Positions 38,424 through 50,366 of a stretch of 64,000 nucleotides of DNA are shown here, in pieces (positions within the stretch are counted from its first letter, which is position 1; each line of letters begins with the position of its first letter). The stretch lies in NCBI GenBank assembly GCA_963745075.1, contig CAVUWV010000009.1, positions 96,001 to 160,000 on the forward strand, in the 5' to 3' direction. Both the position numbers and the translations under genes were made by a program. The notes beneath the pieces were generated by a model that ran no database searches, had not been told where the DNA came from, and saw nothing but the letters and a program-made list of their open reading frames with translations. The stretch comes from Candidatus Hydrogenedentota bacterium (GTDB lineage: Bacteria; Hydrogenedentota; Hydrogenedentia; Hydrogenedentales; SLHB01).

Positions 38424-40067
38424 ATGCCAGAGGACAAAAACGGCGGACACGTCGAGCGCCCCGAGGATAGCGCCTCCGCGCAGACGTCTCTGCCGTCCTG
38501 GAAGTCGATCGTATTTGGATTGTGGCTCGCGGGAACGGCCGCGGCATTGAGCGCGATCTTGATTGCCCACTACTTGGACTCGAGGCCATTCGACCTTCGC
38601 ACGATGACGCGGGAAAAGGCCGCAGATCTCGAACGCCTGCTTGCGTACAATCAAGTTCCCCATTCCAGCATTACCACCGTGAATGAGGTAGAAAGGACGG
38701 ACGGAACCGCCCAATGGTCTTACCGCGAATACATCGTTGACCTTCCCTCGACCCTGAGCCTCGGAGGCGTCGAGCGTCTTATTCGCCGGACGATGGCGGA
38801 ACGAAACGTATCCGTCGTCGACGAACCCGACACGCCAAACGATCGGGTGGTACTGCGCCTCGCAGCGGACGGTAAACAATTCGCGCTATTGACGCTCGCC
38901 GGTAAACCCGACCGGACCAATCTCACCGTGGCCACGGCCCGGCTTGCCCAGAAAGCGCTCGACGTGCTTGGTGACCTTGTACCGGCCGTCGATCGAATCG
39001 AACGCGGCCCGGTGGAGCACCAAGAAAACAGCGAATCGATTTGGGATTTTGCTCGGGTCGATGTTTGGGTCAGCGAACCCGAGCAAACGACCGCCATTCT
39101 CACCGCGATCTCTGCCGAACTGAAGCGAAACGATGTGGACGTTCGAATGGACTCGGAGAATGGCGCGGAGGACGCGACAATCGCTGTCTCGTATGCAGGT
39201 CTGGACTGCGTGCACGTTACCGTCCACGCGCCGGTCCTGCCGGAAGGGCCGCCATCCACGACGGACAATGGTGCCATGGCAGACGATGAAACCCACGAAC
39301 CGCCTGCCCACGATGTGGTGGATTCCGAGGCGCTTCCCCTTGATTCGGAGCATTTGAACGGAGACGCCCGTCTTCCAGCGCCACCCGTGAAGCAGGCTCG
39401 ACCCGGCGAACCGTTGCGTGTCGCGATCATCGTCGATGACGGGGGGTACGGAGGCGAAATCACCGACGATGTTCTCGAGCTGGACCCGGCCCTGACCTTG
39501 TCCATCCTTCCGAGCGCTCCCCACAGCACCGACACCGCGCAGCGGGCCGAAACACTGGGGTTTGAAGTCATGCTGCACATGCCGATGGAGAACTCCTCGA
39601 AACACAAGGCCTATCCGGGGGAAATCACGATTGCCATGCCGGCGGATAAAGTCCACGAATTGACGGACCAGGCCTTGGCTGACGTTCCCGGGGCCGTCGG
39701 CATTAACAACCACACGGGGTCGCGGTATACGTCGGATCCAGACGCCATGCGCCGGTTTCTCGAAGGCATCGAGTCTTCCAAGCTCTTTTTCGTGGACAGT
39801 CGAACCATTTCCACTTCGACCGCCTACCAGATTGCCCATGAGATGGGGATACCGTCGGCGGCGCGGGACCTTTTCCTGGACCACGAGTCGAAAAAGGACT
39901 ACATTCGAGAACGTTTCGAGCAACTCACGGAAATCTGCAAGAAACAAGGCAGCGCCATCGCCATATGCCATTTCCGCCGCAACAGCGTCGCCGTGCTCCG
40001 CGAAATGCTGCCGGAAATCAAGAAAGAGGGCATCGAATTGGTCCATGCATCGGAGTTAGTCGAGTGA
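38424..40067 (+). CDS. Divergent polysaccharide deacetylase (YibQ-like) with long N-terminal region
   Basis: VAIIVDDGG, MLHMPME, GINNHTGS, FFVDSRT, RDLFLD, AIAICH. Confidence 0.88.
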   Translation: MPEDKNGGHVERPEDSASAQTSLPSWKSIVFGLWLAGTAAALSAILIAHYLDSRPFDLRTMTREKAADLERLLAYNQVPHSSITTVNEVERTDGTAQWSYREYIVDLPSTLSLGGVERLIRRTMAERNVSVVDEPDTPNDRVVLRLAADGKQFALLTLAGKPDRTNLTVATARLAQKALDVLGDLVPAVDRIERGPVEHQENSESIWDFARVDVWVSEPEQTTAILTAISAELKRNDVDVRMDSENGAEDATIAVSYAGLDCVHVTVHAPVLPEGPPSTTDNGAMADDETHEPPAHDVVDSEALPLDSEHLNGDARLPAPPVKQARPGEPLRVAIIVDDGGYGGEITDDVLELDPALTLSILPSAPHSTDTAQRAETLGFEVMLHMPMENSSKHKAYPGEITIAMPADKVHELTDQALADVPGAVGINNHTGSRYTSDPDAMRRFLEGIESSKLFFVDSRTISTSTAYQIAHEMGIPSAARDLFLDHESKKDYIRERFEQLTEICKKQGSAIAICHFRRNSVAVLREMLPEIKKEGIELVHASELVE

Positions 40068-41038
40068 GTCGTATTCTCGGAATCGAAACCTCGTGTGATG
40101 AGACCGGCATCGCGGTGGTGCGGGACGGGCGCGAGATCCTCGCCAACGAAGTCGCGTCGCAGATCGCCATCCATGCGCCCTTCGGCGGTGTCGTGCCGGA
40201 AATTGCTTCGCGCCACCACACCGAATGCATATCCCAACTCACGCAGCGAGCCCTGGACGCGGCCGGGAACACCGTCGATGCCGTCGCGGTGACGCAAGGC
40301 CCCGGCCTTTCGGGTTCGCTGATGGTGGGGCTTAACTTCGGCAAAGCCCTCGCCTACGCGTGGGACGTCCCCTTCGTGCCCGTACACCACATCGAGGGCC
40401 ATATCTTCTCGGCGTTCCTCGGGCCCGACCCGCCCGCGTTTCCGTTTCTTGCCCTCATCGTCAGCGGCGGACATACCTGCCTTATCCAATGCGAGAGGCC
40501 CCACCACTACGACGTCATCGGCACGACCCGGGATGACGCCGTCGGGGAGTGTTTTGACAAGGTCGCCCGGCTGCTCGATCTGCCGTATCCGGGAGGGCCA
40601 TCCATACAGCGGGCCGCCGAATCGGGCGATCCGCACGCCTACGAATTCCCGCGCGGTATGGCAAAGGGCGATTCGCTCGAATTCAGCTACAGCGGGCTCA
40701 AGACCGCAGTGCTCTATGCCTTGCAGAAAGAGACCCTGCCGGTCCCCGACGTGGCGGCTTCGTTTCAGTATGCCGCCGTGGACACGCTGATGATCAAAAC
40801 GAAACTCGCCATTGAAAAGACCGGGGCGCGGCAACTGGTACTGGCCGGAGGCGTGGCCGCCAACCGGCTCCTTCGCGACCGACTCGCGAGCGATCTCGAT
40901 ATTCCCGTCAGCATGCCGCCCTTCGAGTTGTGCCTGGACAACGGCGCCATGATCGCCGCCGCAGGCGCCTCGCGTCTCGCCCACGGAATGACCGGCGATT
41001 TGAGTGCGGGTGTGCACGCCAATCTCCCCCTCCAGTAG
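40064..41038 (+). CDS. tsaD: tRNA N6-adenosine threonylcarbamoyltransferase
   Basis: ILGIETSCDET, GGVVPEIASRHH, HHIEGH, VSGGHT, DDAVGECFDK, DNGAMIA; GTG start. Confidence 0.96.
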   Translation: MSRILGIETSCDETGIAVVRDGREILANEVASQIAIHAPFGGVVPEIASRHHTECISQLTQRALDAAGNTVDAVAVTQGPGLSGSLMVGLNFGKALAYAWDVPFVPVHHIEGHIFSAFLGPDPPAFPFLALIVSGGHTCLIQCERPHHYDVIGTTRDDAVGECFDKVARLLDLPYPGGPSIQRAAESGDPHAYEFPRGMAKGDSLEFSYSGLKTAVLYALQKETLPVPDVAASFQYAAVDTLMIKTKLAIEKTGARQLVLAGGVAANRLLRDRLASDLDIPVSMPPFELCLDNGAMIAAAGASRLAHGMTGDLSAGVHANLPLQ

Positions 41039-41123
41039 GCCGCTCGCGCCGCCGCCATCCCCGTGATACCGAGTTTCGTGGTATCATTACGTGGGACCGC
41101 AAGGCCAAGGGAGGAAGGAACGT

Positions 41124-42197
41124 ATGACCTTACACGACCTGATGCATCAGGCCATCACCAGCCGGGCTTCCGATATTCACCTCAAGACCGATAATCCGCC
41201 CATTTTCCGCATTGACGGGGAACTCGTGCGCCAGGAAGGCGCCCCGTTGACGGAAGAGAACGTGATGGAAATGCTGGCCTCCATCGCCAAGCCATCGGAT
41301 GTGGAGAAGTTCAAGAAAGTCATGGAACTCGACATCTCCTACATGTTGGAAGATATCGCGCGATTCCGCGTGAATGCCAGCCGCGACGACGGCGACACGC
41401 GCATCGTGCTGCGTATCATCCCGATGGAAATCAAGACCATCGAAGAGTTAAACCTCCCGCCAGTCCTTCAAAAGGTCAGCATGAACGTAAACGGGTTGGT
41501 GCTGGTGACCGGCGTGACCGGCAGCGGCAAGTCAACGTCGTTGGCGGCCATGATCAATGAGATCAACGAGCGTCGGCCGGTCCACGTCGTATCCATCGAA
41601 GATCCGCTTGAATTCCTGCATCGTGACAAGAAGGCGATTATTACCCAGCGGGAAGTCGGGCACGACACGTTGTCCTTCGCCAATGCGTTACGGGCCGCGC
41701 TGCGCCAGGACCCCGACGTGATTCTCATCGGTGAAATGCGCGACGCTGAAACCGTGCGCACGGCAATCGCGTCCGCGGAAACCGGACACCTGGTACTTTC
41801 CACCCTGCACACCGTCGATGCGGTTGAAACGCTGAACCGTATCCTCGACTTCTTCGAACCGCACCAACAGCTTCAAATACGCAAGCAGCTTGCCAGCGTG
41901 TTGCGGGCCATCGTCTCGCAACGATTGCTCCCCGTGAAAGAAGGCATCGGCCGATGCGTCGCCGCGGAGATTCTCATCGGAAACCGGACGGTGCGGGACC
42001 ACATCGAGCAGGGCAAGAGCTTTAAGGAAATCAACAAGCTCATCGAAGAAGGCGGTGAACAGTACGGCATGCAGACCTTCGATCAGGCTCTTTTCGATTT
42101 GTATAAGGCGCAACAGATTACACCCGAGGTTGCATTGCTCAATGCCACCAGCGCGCGCGATTTGAAACTGCGGATGCAAGGGATGCGATCCAACTGA
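41124..42197 (+). CDS. pilT: PilT/PilU-family type IV pilus retraction ATPase
   Basis: ASDIHL, GVTGSGKSTSLA, IEDPLE, LRQDPDVILIGEMRD, ETGHLVLSTLHT, GMQTFDQ. AIRNLIRE is replaced by TVRDHIEQ, so possibly a paralog. Confidence 0.88.
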   Translation: MTLHDLMHQAITSRASDIHLKTDNPPIFRIDGELVRQEGAPLTEENVMEMLASIAKPSDVEKFKKVMELDISYMLEDIARFRVNASRDDGDTRIVLRIIPMEIKTIEELNLPPVLQKVSMNVNGLVLVTGVTGSGKSTSLAAMINEINERRPVHVVSIEDPLEFLHRDKKAIITQREVGHDTLSFANALRAALRQDPDVILIGEMRDAETVRTAIASAETGHLVLSTLHTVDAVETLNRILDFFEPHQQLQIRKQLASVLRAIVSQRLLPVKEGIGRCVAAEILIGNRTVRDHIEQGKSFKEINKLIEEGGEQYGMQTFDQALFDLYKAQQITPEVALLNATSARDLKLRMQGMRSN

Positions 42198-42260
42198 CGG
42201 CTTGCGTTATGGCAGCGCGTCGCATGAGCCTTTTGGTTTGCGATTACGGGTATGTAGACT

Positions 42261-43166
42261 ATGCTCATGAATCGGCTGATTGCACTCATCGTCTTCTCGA
42301 CACTTCCCGCCGGCGCGGCAAATCTGTTGCACAATCCGGGGTTCGAGACGCGCGTGGGCGACCTGCCGGCCGAGTGGCACGTATACGTGGAACCGCAGGA
42401 TGGTTCAACGGCCGAACTCTATGGCGCCGACGCGCTCGAGGGGCGCTGGTCCGTCATGCTGCACAATGCGCAGCCCTACGCGAAAGAACCCGCCAACAAC
42501 TGGAGCCAGAACATTCTGGAAGATCTGGCGGGCAAGACGCTGGTGGTTACCGGCAACATCAAGACCGAAGATGCGGCAAGCGCCGCCGTCTGGATCCAGT
42601 GTTTTCGAAAGGATCCGTGGGAGGTGCTTTTGCAGAAAAGCACCGCCGATGCCCAGCCGATAAATGGCGCCAATCCTTGGACGCCGGTTGAAATGCAGGT
42701 CAAGGTGCCTGACGACACCGATTTCGTGGTCCTGCGTTGCGTGTTGATGGGCACCGGGACCGCTTGGTTTGACGCCCTTTCCGTTGACAAGAAAGAGTCC
42801 GCAACCGTGTCGGCTCCGGCCGCGGAAAAGCCGGTCGTGGCCCCCGTGACGCCCACCATGCCGGCTGTGCCTAAACTGCCCGTCGCACCGCAGACTTCTC
42901 CGCCCCCAAGCGATGCAGCGCGAAATGAAATCATCTCGGCGCAGCAGGCCATTCAGCAGGCCAACGAGGCGTTGCGCGAATCGAACCGGGCACTGGCCGA
43001 GCAACTGCAAGCCATGCGCGACCAATTGGAATCCATGCGTAAGCAGCTTCATGACGTTTCGGCCGCGACGAAAGAAGAAGACGACACGGCGACGAAAGGT
43101 TCCAAGCCCGCCGTGCCGCCCCTTATTCCGCATGGTGCGACGGCCGTAGAAAGGGATACGCCCTGA
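42261..43166 (+). CDS. Secreted protein: CBM4/9-like jelly-roll, Pro-rich linker, coiled coil
   Basis: Signal peptide, NLLHNPGFE, GTAWFD, heptad-rich C-terminus. Confidence 0.7.
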   Translation: MLMNRLIALIVFSTLPAGAANLLHNPGFETRVGDLPAEWHVYVEPQDGSTAELYGADALEGRWSVMLHNAQPYAKEPANNWSQNILEDLAGKTLVVTGNIKTEDAASAAVWIQCFRKDPWEVLLQKSTADAQPINGANPWTPVEMQVKVPDDTDFVVLRCVLMGTGTAWFDALSVDKKESATVSAPAAEKPVVAPVTPTMPAVPKLPVAPQTSPPPSDAARNEIISAQQAIQQANEALRESNRALAEQLQAMRDQLESMRKQLHDVSAATKEEDDTATKGSKPAVPPLIPHGATAVERDTP

Positions 43167-43351
43167 TGGCATTTATGACCAAGCTGGCGATATCGTTGCT
43201 CGCGGGTTTCGCCGCGGCCGGATTCGTTTGGGTTGCGTGGAGCATCATGGAGCGCGTCCGCTCACGCAAGTCCGCGGCTGCGCCGGCGGCCGAGCCGGCA
43301 GATGGCGAGAAGACGCGCAACCAACCGGCAAAGGAACGGCCGAGTGGCTGA
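43166..43351 (+). CDS. Small membrane protein
   Basis: One TM helix; overlaps the upstream stop (TGATG). Confidence 0.5.
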   Translation: MAFMTKLAISLLAGFAAAGFVWVAWSIMERVRSRKSAAAPAAEPADGEKTRNQPAKERPSG

Positions 43352-43541
43352 TCCCGCGTCAGAGAAGTCCATGCCCCGTCCGTATATCGGCATTCATTTC
43401 CAATGCTGCGGTGTTTACGCACGCGTTTACCTCAACCAGAAAGGCGATGCGTACGCGGGCCACTGTCCCCGATGCGCGAAGCCCATCCGCATCAAAGCCG
43501 CGCCCGGCGGCAGCAAATCCCGTTTCTGGACCGCAGGGTGA
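43344..43541 (+). CDS. Small zinc-ribbon-like protein
   Basis: RPYIGIHFQCCGVYARVYLN...AYAGHCPRCAKP; start at GTG 43344 or ATG 43371. Confidence 0.7.
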   Translation: MADPASEKSMPRPYIGIHFQCCGVYARVYLNQKGDAYAGHCPRCAKPIRIKAAPGGSKSRFWTAG

Positions 43542-43727
43542 CGAGGTCCCCGAATTGGCGGTGGAACCCTGCAACTTCTTGATTCATAACGCGATGACGG
43601 CGCCGGGCGATCCGATCCGCGCGGGCGTCGAAAGATACGTTGACGGTCCGCCCGTTTAGGTTTACCATGAAGACGCGGAAATGGGATTCGCCACTGCGCT
43701 GACTCGGTTGACAGGGAGGGCAGTGTC

Positions 43728-44189
43728 ATGGCAACCCAGTTGGTCAAAGATTACCTCGATCGAAACTCCGTACCCCACAGCAGCGTTCCGCACCCCCAGA
43801 CCTACACGGCGCAGCGGACCGCCCAAGTAGCCCACATCAAGGGAAGGGAGTTCGCAAAAACCGTCATCGTCAAGGTGGACGGCCGGATTTGCATGGCCGT
43901 GATTCCCGCGCATTGCCACGTCGATCTGACCAAACTGAAGTCGGCCACCGGCGCGAAGCATCTGGATCTCGCGCATGAGGAAGACATCAGGAAACTCTTC
44001 CCCGACTGCGAAACCGGCGCCATGCCGCCCTTCGGCAACCTTTATGGAATGGACGTTCGGGTTCAGGAAGACCTCACCCACGACGCCCAAATCGCCTTCA
44101 ACGCGGGCACCCACACGGAACTTATCCGCATGAGCTACCGCGACTTCGCGAATCTCGTGCACCCGGAGGTGGCGAATTTCGCGTCGTGA
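43728..44189 (+). CDS. YbaK/EbsC (aminoacyl-tRNA deacylase-like) protein
   Basis: FAKTVIV, LFPDCETGAMPPFG, FNAGTH. Confidence 0.92.
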   Translation: MATQLVKDYLDRNSVPHSSVPHPQTYTAQRTAQVAHIKGREFAKTVIVKVDGRICMAVIPAHCHVDLTKLKSATGAKHLDLAHEEDIRKLFPDCETGAMPPFGNLYGMDVRVQEDLTHDAQIAFNAGTHTELIRMSYRDFANLVHPEVANFAS

Positions 44190-44254
44190 TCTTGCGCCGG
44201 CGGATTGCGACATCGTCTGTACTGCACGAAGCACTCAGCTTCCGTGTGTGCCGT

Positions 44255-47034
44255 TCACAACCCGAGCGAAACCACGCCGAAGTACCCTAGCGGGGCGTAG
44301 GCGGCACTCGATCCGAAGCGAATGTGGCCGGGCGTACCCATGACCTGAACGAGTTCCTCGAAGGTTGGTTTGGCCGAGCAATCGTAGCGAGCGAGCGCGC
44401 CGCCGCCCACGGTCAGGTACGCGCTGGTTCCGTTGGCGTCCACGAGGTTGGCCCAGTCTTCTGTGACGAGTGTACTTTGCCCGAGCGTCAGGTCGCCGTT
44501 CGCGGCGACCGTTGCCGTATACAGCCGCGTTCCGTTGTCGTACGCGTCGAGGAAGATCTTCGGGCCGCGTCCGAGAATGTTTGCGCTGCCGTCCGGCAGA
44601 GTCAGGCTGTCCAGCTTGGTGATGTCCTCCCCTCCGGGCCACGACACCGTGTTCAACGTGCTCGAATAGTCGTAATTCCGATCCCATTGGTCGTCGCGCA
44701 ACGTCAATACCTGCATCGCCGGATCGTATTGAAGGAAGATTCCCGGGACGTTCACCGTCGGGCCGTTTGCACTCGTCGCGGGGTCGAACGCCGTGACGAA
44801 GTACGCGCACATCGGGTCGCTCATTGGATTGAACGAATCAACGCCCACCTTACTCGCGATGTACAGGGTATCGGCGGTCTTATGGACCGACACGATTTGT
44901 TCGAAGCCAAGACCGATTGTTGACGTCCACGCCGGTTTCGACAGATCGACGACCGCGAGTCCTTCGTACGGCGCTTCGCCGCCGATCACAGCGTCATACG
45001 AATTCGCCGTGCACCGCAACACCAGCCGATCGCCGACGAGGTACGCGGACCCCTGCTGTCGGATGGGGTACCAGGGCGCAATCAGCGAATCGGTCGCGGC
45101 GACGCCGCCCCTGTCCACTAGCGGCAGGTACGGTCCCCACCACCAGTAACCGTAATACGGCGACACGTTAACATCCACAGTCGCGTCGACCACCGGTACG
45201 TTCGGATCGGAGAAATCGACGATGGCCACTTTGTACGCGGGTTGGCTGTCCCACGTCGCACCAACCAGGATTACCGAGGACCCGTAAGGGAATGCGTCGA
45301 CCAGTTCGCCAATCGCCACTTCCACCTCGCCCGCCACGTTCTTGAGCGGCAAGTCGCGCCGGCGCGCAATGGTCATTCCGGTGTCGTACCGCGTGACCAC
45401 TTCAACACCGAGGCTCGATGAAAGCTCAACGAAGTCGGCTACGTTCTCCGCCAGCACAATTTGATTGACGACTTGCGGCGCATTGCGATCCGACCCATCG
45501 ATCTTCGCCAACTGCTCGTTGGTCACGCCGTAATAAAAGTTGTTGTATTCGAAGGAACGCAGGACCGTGCCCTGCACGTCGACGGCGCCGTTCTTCGTCA
45601 AACTGGTCGCATCGTAGGAGACGAACTGCAATCGGTCGAATCCGCCGAAGTCTTCTTCCCAACCGGAGAACGGCACGATGACGAGGTCGTCCAGCACGGT
45701 CAGCGACTTCACGTCGCCGTACGCGCTCGACCAACTCCAGTTTTGTCCGAAGCTCACCCGGTCCAGCAGCGCCGGGTTCGCCGGGTCCGCCACGTCGAAC
45801 AGGCTCACGCTGACCCGGCGGCCGTTGGTGTCGTCCACGCCAAGCGTCAAGAGCCGGTCACCCATGGGCTCGATATAGGTCGACCAACCCGGCACTTCGA
45901 GTTCGCCTTCGATGCTCGGGTTCATGGGATCGGACAGATCGACGATAAAGAGGGGATCGACTTGGAAATAGGTCACCACGTATGCGCGTGGCCCGTCGAA
46001 CCGCGTCGCAAACAGCGAATCGCCACGGGCCCGCTCGAATTCCAATTCCGCAAATTCCTTCAGATCGTTCGGATTGAGAAACATCCACGGTCGTGACAAA
46101 ATCTTCCGTTCATCATCCCATGCGCTGGACACGACCCGTAGTACCAGTTCCACACGTCCATCTTGAACTTGTCCGCCACTTGTCCCGGCACGGATACGTT
46201 GTCCCGCAATTGCATAGCGCCGGAAGGATCGCTGATGTCCACGCAAGTAATCAGCGTTGTATCCGTCTGCCAATCGCTCGCTGCCACGTAAATCGCATTC
46301 GTGGTGACATGAATGACATCCCCGATCGCCGAGAACGAGATTTGGTCCGCCTGATAGATATCACCGGGATCCGCGATGTTGATGCTGGTCACCCACGATC
46401 CGGAGGTCTGCGCCTTGACCACGGTCCCGCCACCGCTTCCGGTTACCGTGCCGCCTCCAGTAACGCCGCCTTCGATCCAATACCATTGATAATCCGCGCC
46501 CACGGCGTACAACACATCGCCCACGAGACGGCTGTCGACCAGGTCGCCCTCCAACTCATGGGAGCCGAGGATCGAAGCATTTTCGGGCTGCGACACATCG
46601 ACCACGTACAACCGGGACTGGATGTCGTACGAGATTGTATCGTCCTTCACCTCAAACCCTGCCGCATAGGCCACCAGCACATACGCCCGGTCGCCGACGA
46701 GGTACAAATCCCGCGGGTAGCCGTACGTCGGAACCTGGGCCACGAGTTCCTCGGTCGTCAGGTCCACAAGGGTCAGACCGCGATATTGGTTAAGCACGTA
46801 AAGAAGATCGCCGTCTTGCCGGATGACATCCGGTTCCACGATTTCCCGCTGCGGCTCGACCAAACTGTCCTGGTTGGCCCCGCCTACAGCGGCCGTGGCC
46901 AGGAAATTGCCCCACCGTGACCCGCCCTGAAGGTCTGCGCTCGTATACTGGAACTTGCGCGGGCTCAACCAAGGACACCCGACGCCGGCTACGATCAGGA
47001 TGGTTACCCCAAGAACTGGCAAGTACTTACGCAT
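44255..47034 (-). CDS. Lipoprotein with secreted beta-propeller domain; indels near 46080-46150
   Basis: AGVGC lipobox, VEPDVIR, LVDSRLVGD, DKFKMD; ATRFDGPRAYVVTYFQVDPLFIVDLSDP, GELEVPGWSTYI. Confidence 0.85.
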
Positions 47035-50000
47035 GATGCACCCCGCTGCGTGCGTTCCGCTGCACCGTCCGCGAACGCGAGTTTGGACTGGTCAAGGCCC
47101 CGAACCCTCAAAAAGGGGCGCAGGCACACCCCTTCATCTAATTGTACTCCTTCGGAAGGTCGTCGTTACCAGGATCGTGTGCTGAGGCCGGTGGCTTGCC
47201 GCTCACCTGCTTTCCGTCAGCACCGTTATTCTCTGCGCATGCTGTATCGATCGGCCGGCTTCGGAACATATTCGCGGGATTTCGTATATTCTTGGGTCCG
47301 CGTCGACATACAGAATGAAATCATTGAAGCCGCACGTGGACGTGACCATGTACTCGACTGAACTGGACACAAACCTCCTGCACTCTTGGCGGACCCGCCG
47401 CGATCCCGACGCCTTTGCGGAATTGGTGACGCGGTACGGGCCGTTGGTCTATTCCGCGTGTCTCCGCGTCGTTCGCGACGCGCCGACAGCAGAAGACGTT
47501 GCACAAGAGTGTTTTGTGGAACTCTTGCAGACCGACCGGCGTGTACATTCGCTTCCGGGGTGGTTGCACACCATGGCCACCCGCCGCGGACTGGATCGGT
47601 TGAAAATGGAGCGACGCCGCATGGAACGGGAAGGGCGGTATGCGGGACAGCATCCCGCCTCCGTTCATCCCCAGTGGGACGACATCAGTCAATACGTCGA
47701 CGAAGCCATTGAAACACTTCCCGAGAAGATTAGGGGTCCCATCGTTCTGCGATTCCTGCAAGCACGGAGCTACGCGCAGCTCGCGTCCGAATTGGGAGTC
47801 CCGGCGTCCACGATCCAATACCGTTTGAATCAAGGCATCGACCGCATTCGCCGTCATCTCATCCGGCGCGGTATTCCCGTCGCTGGAGTTTCGCTTGTAG
47901 CCATGCTTAGTGCGGCGCCCGCTCACGCCTTGCCGGTTGCCGTTTCGGGCAACGTGGGCAAGATAGCCTTGTCAGGCGTCGCGACCGGGACTGTCTCAAC
48001 TGCTGCTGGACTCCAATCCGCACTTACGCTCGGAGGATTGCTTGCCGTGAAGAAGCTCGCTGCTGTCGTCATTGTGCTTGTCGCGCTTTCGTTCACCGCG
48101 GTTTATATCGTCACGCGGGACGCAACCAGACCGCCAGTGCAGAACACTGTGTCGCAAGAGACTACGCGGACTGAAAATACTGCACCGATCGTGCAAGACG
48201 TCTCCCCGGACGCGGCATCTCCGGCACCGTCTAACGAGGCAGGGGATGCAGATGTCGAAGTTTCCGGTGTGGTGGTGGACAACGACGGCAACGCCATGCC
48301 GGACGCCCTCGTCAAGGCAACGTGGCCAACCGGTTCGGGGTCGGTCCACACCGATGACGATGGCCATTTTCGTTTCACCTTTCCATCGGATTTCACGTCG
48401 GATGGACCGCTAACCTTCAACCGCCGCGTTTCCCACGGTGAACGAACGTCAACCTACACATTTCAGGGCGCTGTTACCGGCGATAACCTCTCCGGCGTGA
48501 TCGAAACGGGCTCCGGCAATGTGCGCGTCACGGGTGAACGTGTCGGGCACGGTAACGGCGCGATTGGCGTCTGGACCACGCTCATCACCCGTGGTGGTGA
48601 ACAATTTCCGGGAACGCTTACCCTTGCCGCAAATGGTCTCGCACGACTGACGGGGATCTGGGTCGATTCGTACGGTTCTCCCAATATTTCGGACGCAGGC
48701 GTGCCCGAAATCGTCACGTTCACCGCTACGCTCAATCAACTTAAAGCCTTTCCAGAGGATTTTGAAATCCCCGCACAGGGGCGCAATGACATTACCCTCG
48801 CCATGGACCTGACCGCATCGGTTAGCGGCAAAATCGTTGATACGAAGGATGTTCCACAACCTGACTGGGACGTGTTCATGCGCATGCAGAGTGAAGAGCG
48901 CTTGGCAGGCGAGAAGAGTGATGAAACTGGTCAATTTGCCTTTGCCGGGCTTGCGCCGGGTGAGTACCAACTGTTCGCCACTAACTCCACGACTGATGCG
49001 GCGGTCCAATACGCCGAAGGCCCGATCACGCTTCGCCCGGGTGACGAGATCGTAGGGATAACATTGGTTTGGGGACTCGGCTTGAACATTGTTGGCCACG
49101 TAACCGGCGAGGACGGTCAACCCATTGCAGGTGCGCGTGTTGAATCGTGGTTTGACCGCGCGGCCATTGGCGAGGGCAGCGTCTACCTTCCCCCCGAAAG
49201 TCAGACGGATGCGTCGGGCCGCTATGAACTGGCCGGTTTTCCCGAATTGGCGGGGTTGGAGGTAAATCTCGGGATCAACCATGAGGAGTATCTTCGGGCA
49301 AGTCGATACGGTGTGCGACTTGATGGTCACGAACAGGATTTCGTTCTTGTCGAAAAGCCGACCATTGAAGGACGCGTCGTCGACGCTGTTTCCGGCGACC
49401 CCATCACCCGCTACCGGATCAGAAGTTGGATTGGACAAGGAACGGCACCTGGCCACCGTGACGAAGATTATCTCCGAGGTACGTCACGCAGTTCTCTTGA
49501 GGATCACCCAGGCGGAGTATTCTCCTTCCGCCCAGATGGATACAACAGTGTACATATCGGCGTATCAGCGCCAGGATACCTCTCCGGCCTACAGACCGTC
49601 CCTGCGGTTGAACCGGGTGCAACCGTTCAAGATGTAGAAATACGCCTCAAGCGGACGGAACCAATACGAGGAACGGTTGTGGATATATCCGGGAAACCTA
49701 TATCCGAAGCTCGGATTTTCCTCGGGTATCCCTTAATGGTTGACGGATATATCGCAGTCGGAGGCGCGGGAGGGGTGGCCAATTCGGACGACGAAGGCAA
49801 GTTTACCATTACGGAATTCCCGCCATCCTTATCGGTCGTCTCCGCGTATCGAGAGGGCTACGCCCCTACTTGGACGGAGATTTCGTCACCCTCTTCGCCT
49901 CTAACGATTACGCTGACGGGAGGGGCGTCAGTCGAAGGCATCGTGACGTATGGTGGCGTTCCTTTGGACGACGCGCGCTTCTATGTGAACGCTAATATCG

Positions 50001-50366
50001 GGGAGACTGTCACCATGCAGACAGAGACCGGGAAGGGAGGAGCGTACTCACTCAAGAATGTTCCGACCGGTTCTGTCGCGGTGGTCGCCAGTTTTCACGA
50101 GGGTGGACTGTCCCGATGGATAAATCGCACCGTGACGATACATGATGGTCAGACCCTTCACGAGGACTTCGATTTTGGCGACGCCTACGACTCCTACGTC
50201 GAGGGTGTTCTCCTGCTCAACGGTACCCCCGTTCCCGTTTCCCTTCTCCGGGCCATCGTAACACGTACCAATGGCGACACCATCGCTTACCAAACCCAGA
50301 CCCGCGATGACGGCTCCTTCACGTTGGGCCCAATCCCCGCCACGACCTTGCAGTTTGGCGCCTACT

